Under the pieces are notes generated by a model. The model was not told the DNA's origin, searched no databases, and saw only the letters and a program-made list of their open reading frames with translations. Of a stretch of DNA of 64,000 bases, positions 39,201 through 49,206 are shown in pieces; within the stretch, counting starts at the first letter, position 1; each line of letters starts with the position of its first letter. The stretch lies in contig DASZOM010000026.1 in the NCBI GenBank assembly GCA_035550735.1, positions 141,459-205,458 of the forward strand, written 5' to 3'. A program made the translations under genes and the position numbers. The DNA comes from Acidimicrobiia bacterium (GTDB lineage: Bacteria; Actinomycetota; Acidimicrobiia; Spongiisociales; ZC4RG35).

Positions 39201-40798
39201 GCCGGGATGTCCCTCCTCCGGAAGCCCCAAATTCCGGCGAGGATCAGAGTGGCGACGACGCCCAGTAGAGCCAGGAACGGGGTGGCGGTGAACGTCTCTG
39301 CCGGAATCAGCGGGATGTGAGTGAATGGGGACAGGTCGAGGCTCCATTGCGGGAACTGCAGTATCTGGCCGAGCTGACCGAGGATCAGGAACAGGGCGAG
39401 CGCTCCCCAGCTCAATGAGGAGAGATGGGGAGCCAGGCCATACAGTGCCATGGCGATCCCGGTGAGAACCCACACGGCGGGAACCTGAGCCAGAGCCGCC
39501 ACCAGGACCCGTGGGGCCTCGCCGGCGACGTCACCCACGATCGCGCCGTAGGTGGCACCGGCCAGCGCCCCGGCCGACGCGAGGATCAGCACCGGCCCGG
39601 CGAGACCGTAGAGCAGATGGCTCCATGCGAATCGAGGGCGTGGAGTGGCCGTTGCCAGGACCATCTCGGTGCGAAGCGAATCCTCTTCGGACTTGAGTTT
39701 GAGAACGGATCGGATCGCGTATGCCGACGCGATCAGGGCGATGATGCCGACGGCTGCGGCGAAGAAGGTGTCGGTGAGGGTCCTGGACCCCCCGATCTGC
39801 TCGAAGATCTCCATCAGCTGAGGGTTGGCGCCCAGCAGGTCGCCTATCGAGTCTCCGGCGGCGCCGTAGACGACTCCGAGAACGGCGAGTCCAAAAGTCC
39901 ACCCCAGGAGAGATCCCCGCTGCAATCGCCAGGCCAGACCGGCGGGGCTCGCCAGGGATGCAGGTGCCCGGCTCGGGCCGGGGCGGGGCGGGATCGCGCC
40001 TTCGCCGACGTCGCGTCTCGACTGGATCAATACCGCCGATGCGGCAACGACTCCTGCGAAGCCGGCCCAGAGGGCAAACACCCACCAACGCTCGTCCGCG
40101 AAAGGCCGCAGACGGCTGAACCATCCAACGGGGGAGAGCCACGCCAGCCATCCCCAGCCATCGGACTCCCCAACGTCGCCCGCCATGCGAAGCAGGAAGA
40201 AGAGGCCGACCAGACCGACGCCCAGGCCGCGCCCCGTCGAGCCGGCCTGGGTCAGTTGAGCGGCCAGGGCACCGACTGCAGCGAAGGCGACCGCCATCAG
40301 CGTGAACGCCGCTCCAAAGGCGACCGACCCCGCCAGTGGCAGTCCAAGACCCGTTAGCCCGGCGGCGACGATCACACCGATCATGGTCCCGGCGCCGATG
40401 GTGACGCAGAGGGCCGCTCCCAGCGGCGCATGACGTCCGACCACGGTCGAGCCGAGCACCTCGCGGCGACCAGCTTCTTCGTCATCACGGGTATGTCGAA
40501 GCATGGTGAGAATCGCCATGAGCCCGACGATGAGGGAACCCAGTGTGCCTATGCGCCACGCGGTCAAACCGCCGATCGAGGGGTCGTACAGCGGGCCGAG
40601 AAGGGCGGTGAAGGATGGATTCGCCGCGACTGTGCTTGCGAGCCGCAGTCGCGAAGCCTCGGTGATGTAGAGCCCCTGGAAGGCACTGGCGGTTCCCACG
40701 GGAGCGATGCCGAGCACGAGGACCCAGATGGCGAGCCGCGCCCTATCGAGACGGAGATAGAGACGGATCAGCTTGCCGGCCCCGGTCAAGGTCCTCAC
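39197..40798 (-). CDS. ABC exporter permease (12-TM, drug-exporter type)
   Basis: 533 aa and highly hydrophobic with about 12 TM helices. It overlaps the ATPase gene by 4 nt. Confidence 0.75.
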   Translation of the reverse strand: MRTLTGAGKLIRLYLRLDRARLAIWVLVLGIAPVGTASAFQGLYITEASRLRLASTVAANPSFTALLGPLYDPSIGGLTAWRIGTLGSLIVGLMAILTMLRHTRDDEEAGRREVLGSTVVGRHAPLGAALCVTIGAGTMIGVIVAAGLTGLGLPLAGSVAFGAAFTLMAVAFAAVGALAAQLTQAGSTGRGLGVGLVGLFFLLRMAGDVGESDGWGWLAWLSPVGWFSRLRPFADERWWVFALWAGFAGVVAASAVLIQSRRDVGEGAIPPRPGPSRAPASLASPAGLAWRLQRGSLLGWTFGLAVLGVVYGAAGDSIGDLLGANPQLMEIFEQIGGSRTLTDTFFAAAVGIIALIASAYAIRSVLKLKSEEDSLRTEMVLATATPRPRFAWSHLLYGLAGPVLILASAGALAGATYGAIVGDVAGEAPRVLVAALAQVPAVWVLTGIAMALYGLAPHLSSLSWGALALFLILGQLGQILQFPQWSLDLSPFTHIPLIPAETFTATPFLALLGVVATLILAGIWGFRRRDIPA

Positions 40799-41691
40799 TC
40801 CTGCACCTCGCCGTCCTCGTAGTGTCTCATGAACAGCTCCTCGAGGGTGGGGGGATGGCTGACCAGGCTGCGTACCTGCAGCGGAGCCAGACCGGCGACG
40901 AGATCGCCGATACGATCGGTCTCCACCTCCAGCTCCACCTTGTGATCCTGGATCTGGAGCTCGTGTACTCCGGGCAACGAACGGAGACTGCTCGGATCTC
41001 CCGAGAGCTCGACCACGACCGTGGTCCGGGTGAGGTGCCGGAGGTCGGCGAGGGAGCCCGCCTCCACGGTTCGGCCCTTCCTCACGATGCTGACCCGGTC
41101 ACAGAGCGCTTCCACCTCGGCAAGGATGTGGGAGGCGAGGAGCACGGTACGACCCTCGGCCCGATCCTCTTCGATCGCAGCCCGGAACTGCGCCTCCATG
41201 AGCGGGTCGAGCCCGGCGGTGGGCTCGTCGAGGATCAACAGCTCGACGTTGGAAGCGAGCGCAGCGATGAGTGCCACCTTCTGTCGGTTGCCCTTGGAGT
41301 AGGTGCGACCCTTTTTCCTCGGGTCGAGATCGAACCGGTCGAGCAACGACGACCTACGTCTCTCGTCCAGGCCACCCCGGAGCCGGCCCAGTAGGTCGAT
41401 CACTTCCCCACCGCTGAGATTGGGCCAGAGGGAGACGTCGCCCGGTACGTAGGCGAGGCGACGGTGCAGCTCGGTCGCCTCGGTCCAGGGATCGCCGCCG
41501 AGAAGAGTCACCGAGCCCCGGTCGGCCTTGAGCAATCCGAGCAAGACCCTGATCGTCGTGGTCTTTCCCGCCCCGTTGGGCCCGAGAAAACCATGGATCT
41601 CTCCGGTGGCTACTTCGAGATCGAGCCCATCGAGAGCAACGATGTGACCGAAGCGCTTCTCGAGACCGGAGACGGATATCGCGTTCGACAT
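40795..41691 (-). CDS. ABC transporter ATP-binding protein
   Basis: Walker [10 protein letters not shown], the signature YSKGNRQKV and Walker B LLILDEP are present. Confidence 0.85.
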   Translation of the reverse strand: MSNAISVSGLEKRFGHIVALDGLDLEVATGEIHGFLGPNGAGKTTTIRVLLGLLKADRGSVTLLGGDPWTEATELHRRLAYVPGDVSLWPNLSGGEVIDLLGRLRGGLDERRRSSLLDRFDLDPRKKGRTYSKGNRQKVALIAALASNVELLILDEPTAGLDPLMEAQFRAAIEEDRAEGRTVLLASHILAEVEALCDRVSIVRKGRTVEAGSLADLRHLTRTTVVVELSGDPSSLRSLPGVHELQIQDHKVELEVETDRIGDLVAGLAPLQVRSLVSHPPTLEELFMRHYEDGEVQE

Positions 41692-41732
41692 GATCCATCG
41701 ACGATAGCATCAAGACTGAACACACGTTTAAG

Positions 41733-42401
41733 ATGTTGAATATGCGTTCAGCCGACATCAGCGAAGACCTGACCACCCGGGCAAGGATCCGCGACGCCGC
41801 CCTGACCCGCTTTCCTGCCGAGGGCTTTGCCGCTACCACCGTCCGCTCGATAGCTCGCGATGCCGGGGTGTCCCCGGGGCTGGTGGTTCATCACTTCGGG
41901 TCCAAGGACGGGCTCAGGGAAGCCTGCGATCGCTACGTGGTCGCCAAGTTTCGCGAGACCAAGCTGGCGGCGATGGAGGAGGGCAACATCGGCAGCCCGG
42001 CCTTCGCCTCAGCTGCCTTTCGGGTGTCCCAGCCGCTGCTCCGATATTTCGGCTGGGCCCTGGTTCGGGGCCACTCCGCTGCCGACGAGCTGTTCGACGA
42101 GATGGTCCGTGAGGGCCAGGAACTCACTCGTGTCGCAGTGGACCGGGGCCTGGTGAAAGACTCGGCCGATCTCGCTACGAGGACCACTCTCCAGATGGCT
42201 CTCATGCTCGGGATGGTGTCGCTTCATAACCACGTGGAGCGCAACACGGGAATCGACCCGCTGGCATCCGAAGGCATCGCCCAGCTCACCCCGGTGCTCC
42301 TCGAGATCTTCTCCGGTCTCTTCGACGACGACTTCCTCGCCACCATCACCGCGACCTATCGCGACGGAGCTCGGGATCTGACGGCTCCCACGAGCCGATA
42401 G
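41733..42401 (+). CDS. TetR family transcriptional regulator
   Basis: The HTH (IRDAALTRFPAEGFAATTVRSIARDAGVSPGLVVHHFGSKDGL) is present. It is divergent from the ABC exporter operon. Confidence 0.8.
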   Translation: MLNMRSADISEDLTTRARIRDAALTRFPAEGFAATTVRSIARDAGVSPGLVVHHFGSKDGLREACDRYVVAKFRETKLAAMEEGNIGSPAFASAAFRVSQPLLRYFGWALVRGHSAADELFDEMVREGQELTRVAVDRGLVKDSADLATRTTLQMALMLGMVSLHNHVERNTGIDPLASEGIAQLTPVLLEIFSGLFDDDFLATITATYRDGARDLTAPTSR

Positions 42402-42544
42402 CTCTCAGCCCGCCGAGACCGCCCAGACGATCGCGCCCAGCGTGGCCACGACGGCGAAGACCATCATGAAGATGTCGAGTGCAGTCTTCTCCTGCTTGCG
42501 GAATGGATTGAAACCCACGGCGAGACGGTAACCGACACCTGCCG

Positions 42545-43342
42545 GTGTCTACTGTCACCACCGTGACCTGGCTCAAGGCGGAGAGCGTCGACTCGGTCCG
42601 TTGGCTCACCATCGACCGTCCCGAGCGCAAGAACGCGATTCCGGTCGATGGCTGGCCGCAGCTGGCCGAGGCGCTCACCTCCTTCGAGAGGAGCGACGAC
42701 CGGGTGCTCGTGATCACCGGGGCCGGAGGCGAGTTCTGCGCCGGTGCCGATCTCGATATCGACCGGATCTCGTGGGCTGGGTCCGTGACGGAGGCCCATC
42801 GCAGGATGAAGGTGGTTGAGCGGGCGGCGGTCGCCCTCCACCGCCTCAGCAAGCCCACCGTCGCCGCGGTGGACGGTGTCGCCGTCGGCGCCGGGTTCAA
42901 CATGGCACTGGGCTGTGACGTCGTCATCGCCACCGACCGCGCCCGATTCTCCGAGATCTTCGTGCGCCGGGGCCTGACCGTGGACTTCGGGGGGACCTGG
43001 CTGCTGCCCCGGATCGTCGGTCTGCAGCGGGCGAAGGAACTGGCCCTGTCCGGTCGGCTGGTCGGCGCCGAGGAGGCACTCCGGCTGGGCATCGTGATGG
43101 AGGTGGTCGCACCGGAGGACCTCCCTGCCCGCGCCGAGGAGATCGCCCGCTCCTTCCTCGCCGGCGCCCCCACCGCCCAGATGTTCGCCAAGCAGGGCAT
43201 CAACGCCTCCTTCCAGTCGAGTTTCGCCGAGTCGATCGGATGGGAGGGCCAGTCCCAGGCCATCCTCTTCGGCACCGAGGACATGGCCGAGGGTGTGGCC
43301 GCCTTTCTCGAGAAGCGCGACCCGGAGTGGAAGGGCCGGTAA
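42545..43342 (+). CDS. Enoyl-CoA hydratase/isomerase (crotonase family)
   Basis: GTG start. The oxyanion-hole motifs ITGAGGEFCAGADL and AVDGVAVGAGFNMAL are present. Confidence 0.85.
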   Translation: MSTVTTVTWLKAESVDSVRWLTIDRPERKNAIPVDGWPQLAEALTSFERSDDRVLVITGAGGEFCAGADLDIDRISWAGSVTEAHRRMKVVERAAVALHRLSKPTVAAVDGVAVGAGFNMALGCDVVIATDRARFSEIFVRRGLTVDFGGTWLLPRIVGLQRAKELALSGRLVGAEEALRLGIVMEVVAPEDLPARAEEIARSFLAGAPTAQMFAKQGINASFQSSFAESIGWEGQSQAILFGTEDMAEGVAAFLEKRDPEWKGR

Positions 43343-43393
43343 CCCTCGCCGCCCCCGGCCGGTCGACCCTGAGCCCTGTTCACCATCTGTTCG

Positions 43394-43416
43394 GTTATCA
43401 GAAACACTTCTGAAAC
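43394..43416 (+). promoter_or_regulatory. Putative GlnR box upstream of amt
   Basis: GTTATCA-GAAAC-ACTTCT-GAAAC. Two GAAAC half-sites are spaced 6 nt apart, preceded by a GTnAT-like a-site, about 50 bp upstream of the amt start. Confidence 0.4.
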
Positions 43417-43467
43417 AGACCCTCGGAACGATGCGGTGGCACAACGATCCGGCTCAGAGGAGGGCTC

Positions 43468-44697
43468 ATGGACACTGGCGACGCTGCTTGGGTGCTGGTC
43501 TCTGCCGCCCTGGTGTTGTTCATGACACCGGGTCTCGCGCTGTTCTACGGCGGCATGGACCGGAGCAGGAACGTCCTCAACATGCTGATGATGAACTTCT
43601 GGTGTCTCCTCGTCGTGCCGGTCCTGTGGGCTGTGGTCGGCTTCTCACTCGCCCAGTCGGGTGACGGCAACCTCCTGGGGAACCTGGACAACGTCTTCCT
43701 GCGGGGTCTGGGCATCACCGGCGAGGACGGTGGATTCACCCTGCTGGTGATCGCCTTCCTCGGCATGTTCGCGGTGATCACGCCGGCGCTGATCTCGGGC
43801 GCGGTGGCGGACCGGATGAAGTTCTCGGCATGGGCGATCTTCGTCCCCGCCTGGCTGCTGTTGGTCTTCTGCCCCGTGTTCCGCTGGGTCTACGGGGGCT
43901 GGATCGGCGACCGGGGCGCCCTCGACTTCGCCGGGGGCACTGCGATCCATGTCAACGCGGGCATCGCCGCCCTGGCCGCGGTGCTGGTGCTGGGGAGACG
44001 CAAGGGGTGGCCGGAGCGGGGGCACCCGCCGCACTCGATGCCCCTGGTGATGCTGGGAACCGGGATCCTGTGGTTCGGCTGGTTCGGGTTCAACGCCGGC
44101 TCGGCGCTGGCTGCCAACGGCCAGGCGGTGCAGGCGTTCCTGAACACGTTTCTCGCCGCGGCTGCCGCCGGGCTCTCCTGGGGGTTCGTGGAGAAGCTTC
44201 GCGACGGGCATTTCACCAATCTCGGGGTGGCGTCGGGGATCGTGGCCGGTCTGGTCGCCATCACCCCGGCCGCGGGATTCGTCGCCGGGATGGCGCCGAT
44301 CTGGATCGGCCTGGCGACCGGGGTGATCTGCTGTTACGCGGTCGGGCTGAAGATCAAGGCCGGCTATGACGACGCCCTCGACGTGGTTGGAGTCCACTTC
44401 GTGGGCGGATTGGTCGGCTCCCTCTCGGTCGGGCTCTTCGCCGAGCCCGACTTCTTCGGCGGCGAGTTCCTGGCAGGTGCATTCCACGGCGGCGGCCTCC
44501 GGCTCCTGGGTGAGCAGGCGCTGGCCAACGGCGCCACCATCGTCTACTGCTTCCTGGTGACCACCCTGATCATGCTGGCGATCAAGGCGACGATCGGGGT
44601 TCGCGTCTCGGAGGACGTCGAGGACCGAGGTCTCGACCTGGCGGAGCACGCCGAGGCGGCCTATGCGAGCGGCTTGGCCAGCGCCGCCGGGCAATGA
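43468..44697 (+). CDS. amt: Ammonium transporter
   Basis: 409 aa, Amt/MEP family, with about 11 TM helices and the conserved DFAGGTAIHVNAG motif. Confidence 0.9.
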   Translation: MDTGDAAWVLVSAALVLFMTPGLALFYGGMDRSRNVLNMLMMNFWCLLVVPVLWAVVGFSLAQSGDGNLLGNLDNVFLRGLGITGEDGGFTLLVIAFLGMFAVITPALISGAVADRMKFSAWAIFVPAWLLLVFCPVFRWVYGGWIGDRGALDFAGGTAIHVNAGIAALAAVLVLGRRKGWPERGHPPHSMPLVMLGTGILWFGWFGFNAGSALAANGQAVQAFLNTFLAAAAAGLSWGFVEKLRDGHFTNLGVASGIVAGLVAITPAAGFVAGMAPIWIGLATGVICCYAVGLKIKAGYDDALDVVGVHFVGGLVGSLSVGLFAEPDFFGGEFLAGAFHGGGLRLLGEQALANGATIVYCFLVTTLIMLAIKATIGVRVSEDVEDRGLDLAEHAEAAYASGLASAAGQ

Positions 44698-44764
44698 GCG
44701 AGACGAGGATGAGGCAGACGACACCGACCGACACCAGCAGGCCGACGGGGAAAGGGACCACGAA

Positions 44765-45103
44765 ATGAAACTGATCATCGCCTTCGTCAAGCCCTTCAAG
44801 CTCGAGCAGGTGCGTGACGCGCTCAAGGCTGTCGGGGTATCGGGGATGTCGGTCGGCGACATCTCCGGGTTCGGCCGCCAGGGCGGCCAGACCGAGGTCT
44901 ACCGGGGGGCCGAGTATGAGGTGGAGTTCGTCCCCAAGATCCGGCTCGAGGTGATCGTCACCGACGAGCTCGCCACGTCCGCGGTGACGGCGATCGAGTC
45001 GGCGGCACACACCGGCGACCTCGGGGACGGCAAGATCGTCGTGGTGGCACTCGAGGATGTCGTTCGAATCCGGACGGGGGAGAGGGGTGCCGACGCCGTC
45101 TGA
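44765..45103 (+). CDS. glnK: Nitrogen regulatory protein P-II
   Basis: 112 aa. MKLIIAFVKPFKLEQVRDALKAVGV plus the T-loop RGAEY. It lies between amt and glnD. Confidence 0.9.
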   Translation: MKLIIAFVKPFKLEQVRDALKAVGVSGMSVGDISGFGRQGGQTEVYRGAEYEVEFVPKIRLEVIVTDELATSAVTAIESAAHTGDLGDGKIVVVALEDVVRIRTGERGADAV

Positions 45104-47357
45104 GCCCCGGCTGGCCGGCTTCGTCGGTCTCCGAGACTCGTTGCGCCAGGGCCTCATCGGCGATGGTGGGAGGGAGCTGTGCGCCGCCCTCAGCGGGGCC
45201 CTCGACGAGGCGATCGGGGCCCAGGGTTGGGAAGGGGACGCCTCCGTCGCGATCGTGGCCCTGGGCGGCTACGGGCGCGGCGAGCTGAGCCCGCACTCCG
45301 ACATCGACCTGATGTTGCTCCACCGGCTGGAGGACCCATCCGACGCCGCCGCCCGGCTGTTCCGCCCTCTCTGGGACGCAGGGCTCCGCGTCGGCCACTC
45401 GGTGCGGACGGTCGCCGAGGCGGGCTCTGCGGCGAGGGAGCGATTCGACACCCAGACCACGTTGCTCACGGCTCGTCTCGTCGCCGGGAACGCGGCGATG
45501 TGGGACGAGCTGGTGAACCGGGTGACCGCGGTCACCCGGGCCCGCCCCCTGCGCCGGCATCTGGTTGCCGAGGAGAGGGAGCGACGACGGCAATGGCCCT
45601 ATCTGGTGATGGCGCCCGACCTGAAGAACGGCCGTGGTGGCCTGCGCGTCCTGCAGGGCCTCGATTGGGAGCGGCGACGGGAGGCCCTGATCGGCCGTTT
45701 CACAGCCCATCCGTCGCCCGAGGAGGAGAGCGCAGCCGAGATCCTCCTCCGGGCGCGCAACGCACTCCACGTCGTGACCGGGCGTCCCGGTGACGTCCTC
45801 TCGCCCGAGCTCCGGGGATCGGTGGCCCGGTGGCTGGGGGGAGACGAGCGGGAGACGATCCAGTCGGTGATCGACGCCACCCACCTAGTGGACGGTCTCG
45901 CCGCCCGTCACTGGCCCGAGGCGCTCCCCTCCGCACGGCGCCAGAGGAGAAGCCGGGGTTCCGGGCCCCGGAGCCGGGCCGCCCCAACTCGTTTCGCCCG
46001 AAGCCCGCTTGCCGAGCTGATGCAACTGTTGGAGAGCGGCGAGGTCGCCGCCGACGAGCGTCACGGAGAAGACGGGGTCCTCGCCCGGACCCTTCCGGGC
46101 TGGGACGAGGTCTGGTCGAGAGCGCAGTTGGAGCCCTTCCACGAGCACCCGGTGGGAGCCCATCTCTGGCGGACGGTCGACGAGATGCGCTTCCTGATCG
46201 CCGACGATGGCCACTATGGCCGGGTGGCTTCGGAGGTGGGGAGCCCCGAGACATTGCTTCTCGCCGCCCTCCTCCATGACATCGGCAAGGGACGCGGAGA
46301 CGACCACTCCGCGGCAGGTGCCGAGATCGCCAGGTCCGCATGCGCCCGGCTGGGCGTCCCCCTGGCTACCGCGGCCATCGTCGAGCAGGTGGTCCGTCAT
46401 CATCTGCTGCTGGCGACCACCGCCACCCGACGTGACCTGGACGATCCCGCCGTCATCGACGAGGTCGTCGAGCTGATCGGGGACCTGGAGACGTTGCAGA
46501 CCCTCTACCTGGTAACCGTGGCCGACTCCAAGGCGACCGGGCCCACGATGTGGAACCCCTGGAAGGCAGCCCTGCTGCGCGCCCTCTTCACCAGATGCGC
46601 CGCCCGATTCGGCGGCGACCGGGCGATTACATCCCCGTCCACGCGTGAGGAGCTGGCATCGCAGGCACGCGAGGTAATGAGGGATGAAGTGGTCTCTCAT
46701 CTCGCCGCCATGCCCGACGCCTATGTGCGGGACAACGGCATCGATGATGTCCTCTGGCACATTCGGCTCCTCGCCGAGGCGGGGGAGACCTGTGCCATCG
46801 GCGTGCGCGAAGACTCGCCACTGGAGACGGCAGTGGTCGCCGGTCGCATCGGGCCCGCGGTTCGAGCCCGGGTCGGGGAGGCCTTCGCCGCCCACGGCAT
46901 CGACGTCGTCGAGGCGCGGATGACCACCTCCGGGGAGAGGATGGTCGACACCTTCCGGGTCCGGGACGATCGCACCGGCGGACAGGTCCCTGCCGAGCGT
47001 TGGGATCGTGTCCGTAACGACCTGTCCGACGCTCTCAGCGGTGGGGCGGGTGCGGGTGAACGGCTGGCTGCGAGAGTGGCGTCATACCCGACGGCCCCCG
47101 TCGTCGAGCCGGAGGCGCGGGTGACCAGGGACCCGGCCTCCGGTGCGGTGGTGATCACCGTCAAGTGCAGCGACCGTATCGGCCGCCTCGCCGAGATCCT
47201 CGGTGTCCTCGACGAGCTCGGCCTCGTGGTGAGCCTCGCCAAGCTGGAGAGCCGTGGCCAGCAGGTGGTCGACACCTTCCATGTCGAGGACGGTCCGTCG
47301 GGTGAGGAGGAGTCGGGTGCCCTTGCCACCCGGATCGCCGGGATGATCTCGACCTGA
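45057..47357 (+). CDS. glnD: [Protein-PII] uridylyl/adenylyltransferase GlnD
   Basis: The nucleotidyltransferase motif ALGGYGRGELSPHSDIDL, an HD domain and two C-terminal ACT domains are present. Alternative GTG start at 45087. The frame overlaps glnK. Confidence 0.85.
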   Translation: MSFESGRGRGVPTPSEPRLAGFVGLRDSLRQGLIGDGGRELCAALSGALDEAIGAQGWEGDASVAIVALGGYGRGELSPHSDIDLMLLHRLEDPSDAAARLFRPLWDAGLRVGHSVRTVAEAGSAARERFDTQTTLLTARLVAGNAAMWDELVNRVTAVTRARPLRRHLVAEERERRRQWPYLVMAPDLKNGRGGLRVLQGLDWERRREALIGRFTAHPSPEEESAAEILLRARNALHVVTGRPGDVLSPELRGSVARWLGGDERETIQSVIDATHLVDGLAARHWPEALPSARRQRRSRGSGPRSRAAPTRFARSPLAELMQLLESGEVAADERHGEDGVLARTLPGWDEVWSRAQLEPFHEHPVGAHLWRTVDEMRFLIADDGHYGRVASEVGSPETLLLAALLHDIGKGRGDDHSAAGAEIARSACARLGVPLATAAIVEQVVRHHLLLATTATRRDLDDPAVIDEVVELIGDLETLQTLYLVTVADSKATGPTMWNPWKAALLRALFTRCAARFGGDRAITSPSTREELASQAREVMRDEVVSHLAAMPDAYVRDNGIDDVLWHIRLLAEAGETCAIGVREDSPLETAVVAGRIGPAVRARVGEAFAAHGIDVVEARMTTSGERMVDTFRVRDDRTGGQVPAERWDRVRNDLSDALSGGAGAGERLAARVASYPTAPVVEPEARVTRDPASGAVVITVKCSDRIGRLAEILGVLDELGLVVSLAKLESRGQQVVDTFHVEDGPSGEEESGALATRIAGMIST

Positions 47358-47359
47358 GC

Positions 47360-47836
47360 TCAGACCTCGCCGATGTCCTCGTTCCACAGGTCCGGTTTGG
47401 CTGCGATGAACCCGGACATCATCTCGACACATCGCGGGTCGTCCACGACATCCACTCGGACCCCATTGGCCCGGAGATGATCCTCGGCGCCGAGGAAGGT
47501 TCGGTTCTCGCCGACCACGACGTGAGGGATCCCGTACAGGAGGACTGCGCCGGAGCACATGTGACACGGAGAGAGGGTGCTGTACATCACCGACCGCCGG
47601 TAGACATCGGCGGGGAGGCGACCCGCGTTCTCCAACGCGTCCATCTCGGCATGGAGGACGGCCGACCCGCGCTGAACGCGACGGTTGTGACCGCGGCCGA
47701 CGATCTCGTCGTCGACGACCAGTGTGGAGCCGATGGGGATCCCCCCTTCGGCGAGACCGGCCTCCGCCTCGGCTATGGCCACCTCCAGGCCCTCGATGAG
47801 CATGCCTGGGATCCTATCCCTGCCGACGGCGAGCAA
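47360..47836 (-). CDS. CMP/dCMP-type nucleoside (guanine/cytosine-like) deaminase
   Basis: The zinc-binding motifs HAEMDAL and SPCHMCSGA are present. Confidence 0.75.
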   Translation of the reverse strand: MLAVGRDRIPGMLIEGLEVAIAEAEAGLAEGGIPIGSTLVVDDEIVGRGHNRRVQRGSAVLHAEMDALENAGRLPADVYRRSVMYSTLSPCHMCSGAVLLYGIPHVVVGENRTFLGAEDHLRANGVRVDVVDDPRCVEMMSGFIAAKPDLWNEDIGEV

Positions 47837-48032
47837 AGATTGAGTCCCGAGTGCGCAGGTTTTCTGTCTTTACGTAGGGCTTATCCCAGGGGCGCTAATC
47901 GTCCTCGGCGCAAACAACGAGAAAGGAGATGGAACGATCATGCTGCGTTTCGCCAGGACCGCCGGTCCCTTTGACCACGAGATCGGGTGGTCGGATGGCC
48001 GAGTCACCGTCTGACGAGAGATTGTCACGACC

Positions 48033-49202
48033 ATGAGCACACGCGCATTTCGTGTCGCATTGATTCCATTGGCGACGATCTTCATGGTGCTGGGGATGGC
48101 GTTGCCCCTGGCGGCCCAGGAGACCCCCCAGGGAGGCGTCTCGCTGGTCACCCCCTATCTCGGGGTGGCGGTGGAGCCGGGGGACACCACCTCCTTCCCG
48201 CTCCAGGTCAACGCACCGGCCGGTGAGGTGGTCGAGCTCGCCGTCGACACCGTCCCCGAGGGCTGGACGGCCAGACTCCGTGGAGGCGGGTTCGTTGTCG
48301 ATCGGATCATGATCTCCGAGCAGACCGAGCTCGACCTGGAAGCCGAGGTGACCGTGCCGCCCGACGTCACCGAGGGGACCTATCAGGTCGGTGTCACCGC
48401 CAGTGGCGCCGGTTCGACCGATCGTCTCGATCTCACCCTGACGGTGGCCGAGGCAGTCGGCGGCTCGGTCACATTGGACGCCGAGTTCCCCGCGCTGCGA
48501 GGTCCCTCCGACGTCCAGTTCTCCTACACGCTGGAGTTGACCAACAACACCGGCGAAGAGGTCCAGTTCGGGCTGCAGGCACAGGGCCCCGAAGGCTGGC
48601 AAGTCTCCGCCCGCCCGTCCGGGGAGACCCGTGCCGCCTCGGTGACCGTCGCCGCGGGCGCGTCGGAGCAGATCACCGTCGAGGTCGACCCCCCCGACTC
48701 GGTCCCTGCCGGCCAGTATCAGGTGCTGGTGCAGGCGGCCGGTGGCGGCAACACCGCCTCGGCCGAGCTGACGACCGAGGTGACCGGGACCTTCGACATC
48801 GGCATCGTGCTCCCCGACGAGCGTCTCAACGTCGACGTCCAGGCGGGCGCCGCCACCGAGGTTCCGCTCCTGGTGGTCAACGAGGGGAGTGCGCCGCTCG
48901 CCGGCGTCTCAATCGGCGCCACCCCACCCTCCGGCTGGGAGGTGAGCTTCAACCCGTCGAGCGTCGACGTGATCGAGCCGGGCGCCTCAGCAGAGGTGAC
49001 CGCCGTGATCACACCCTCCAGTGAGGCGATCGTCGGTGACTACCGCATCACCATGCGTGCCAACGTCCCCGAGGCGGAGGACTCGGTCGAGGTGCGGGCC
49101 ACCGTGGAGACATCGGCGCTGTGGGGTGCGGTCGGCATCGTCATCATCGTCGGCGCACTCGCCGCCCTGGCGATGGTGTTCCGCCGCTTCGGCAGGAGGT
49201 GA
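48033..49202 (+). CDS. NEW3/CARDB-like repeat cell-surface protein (COG1470-like) with a signal peptide and C-terminal TM anchor
   Basis: 389 aa. A signal peptide is followed by three beta-rich repeats of about 100 aa (..GEEVQFGLQAQGPEGWQVS.., ..APLAGVSIGATPPSGWEVSFNP..) and a C-terminal hydrophobic anchor plus RRFGRR. Confidence 0.6.
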   Translation: MSTRAFRVALIPLATIFMVLGMALPLAAQETPQGGVSLVTPYLGVAVEPGDTTSFPLQVNAPAGEVVELAVDTVPEGWTARLRGGGFVVDRIMISEQTELDLEAEVTVPPDVTEGTYQVGVTASGAGSTDRLDLTLTVAEAVGGSVTLDAEFPALRGPSDVQFSYTLELTNNTGEEVQFGLQAQGPEGWQVSARPSGETRAASVTVAAGASEQITVEVDPPDSVPAGQYQVLVQAAGGGNTASAELTTEVTGTFDIGIVLPDERLNVDVQAGAATEVPLLVVNEGSAPLAGVSIGATPPSGWEVSFNPSSVDVIEPGASAEVTAVITPSSEAIVGDYRITMRANVPEAEDSVEVRATVETSALWGAVGIVIIVGALAALAMVFRRFGRR

Positions 49203-49206
49203 GCGG

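Noticed and set aside
45061-45075. A CGTTCGAATCC tRNA T-loop-like motif
   Set aside because: It lies inside the glnD coding frame with no acceptor-stem or anticodon-arm complement, so it is coincidental.
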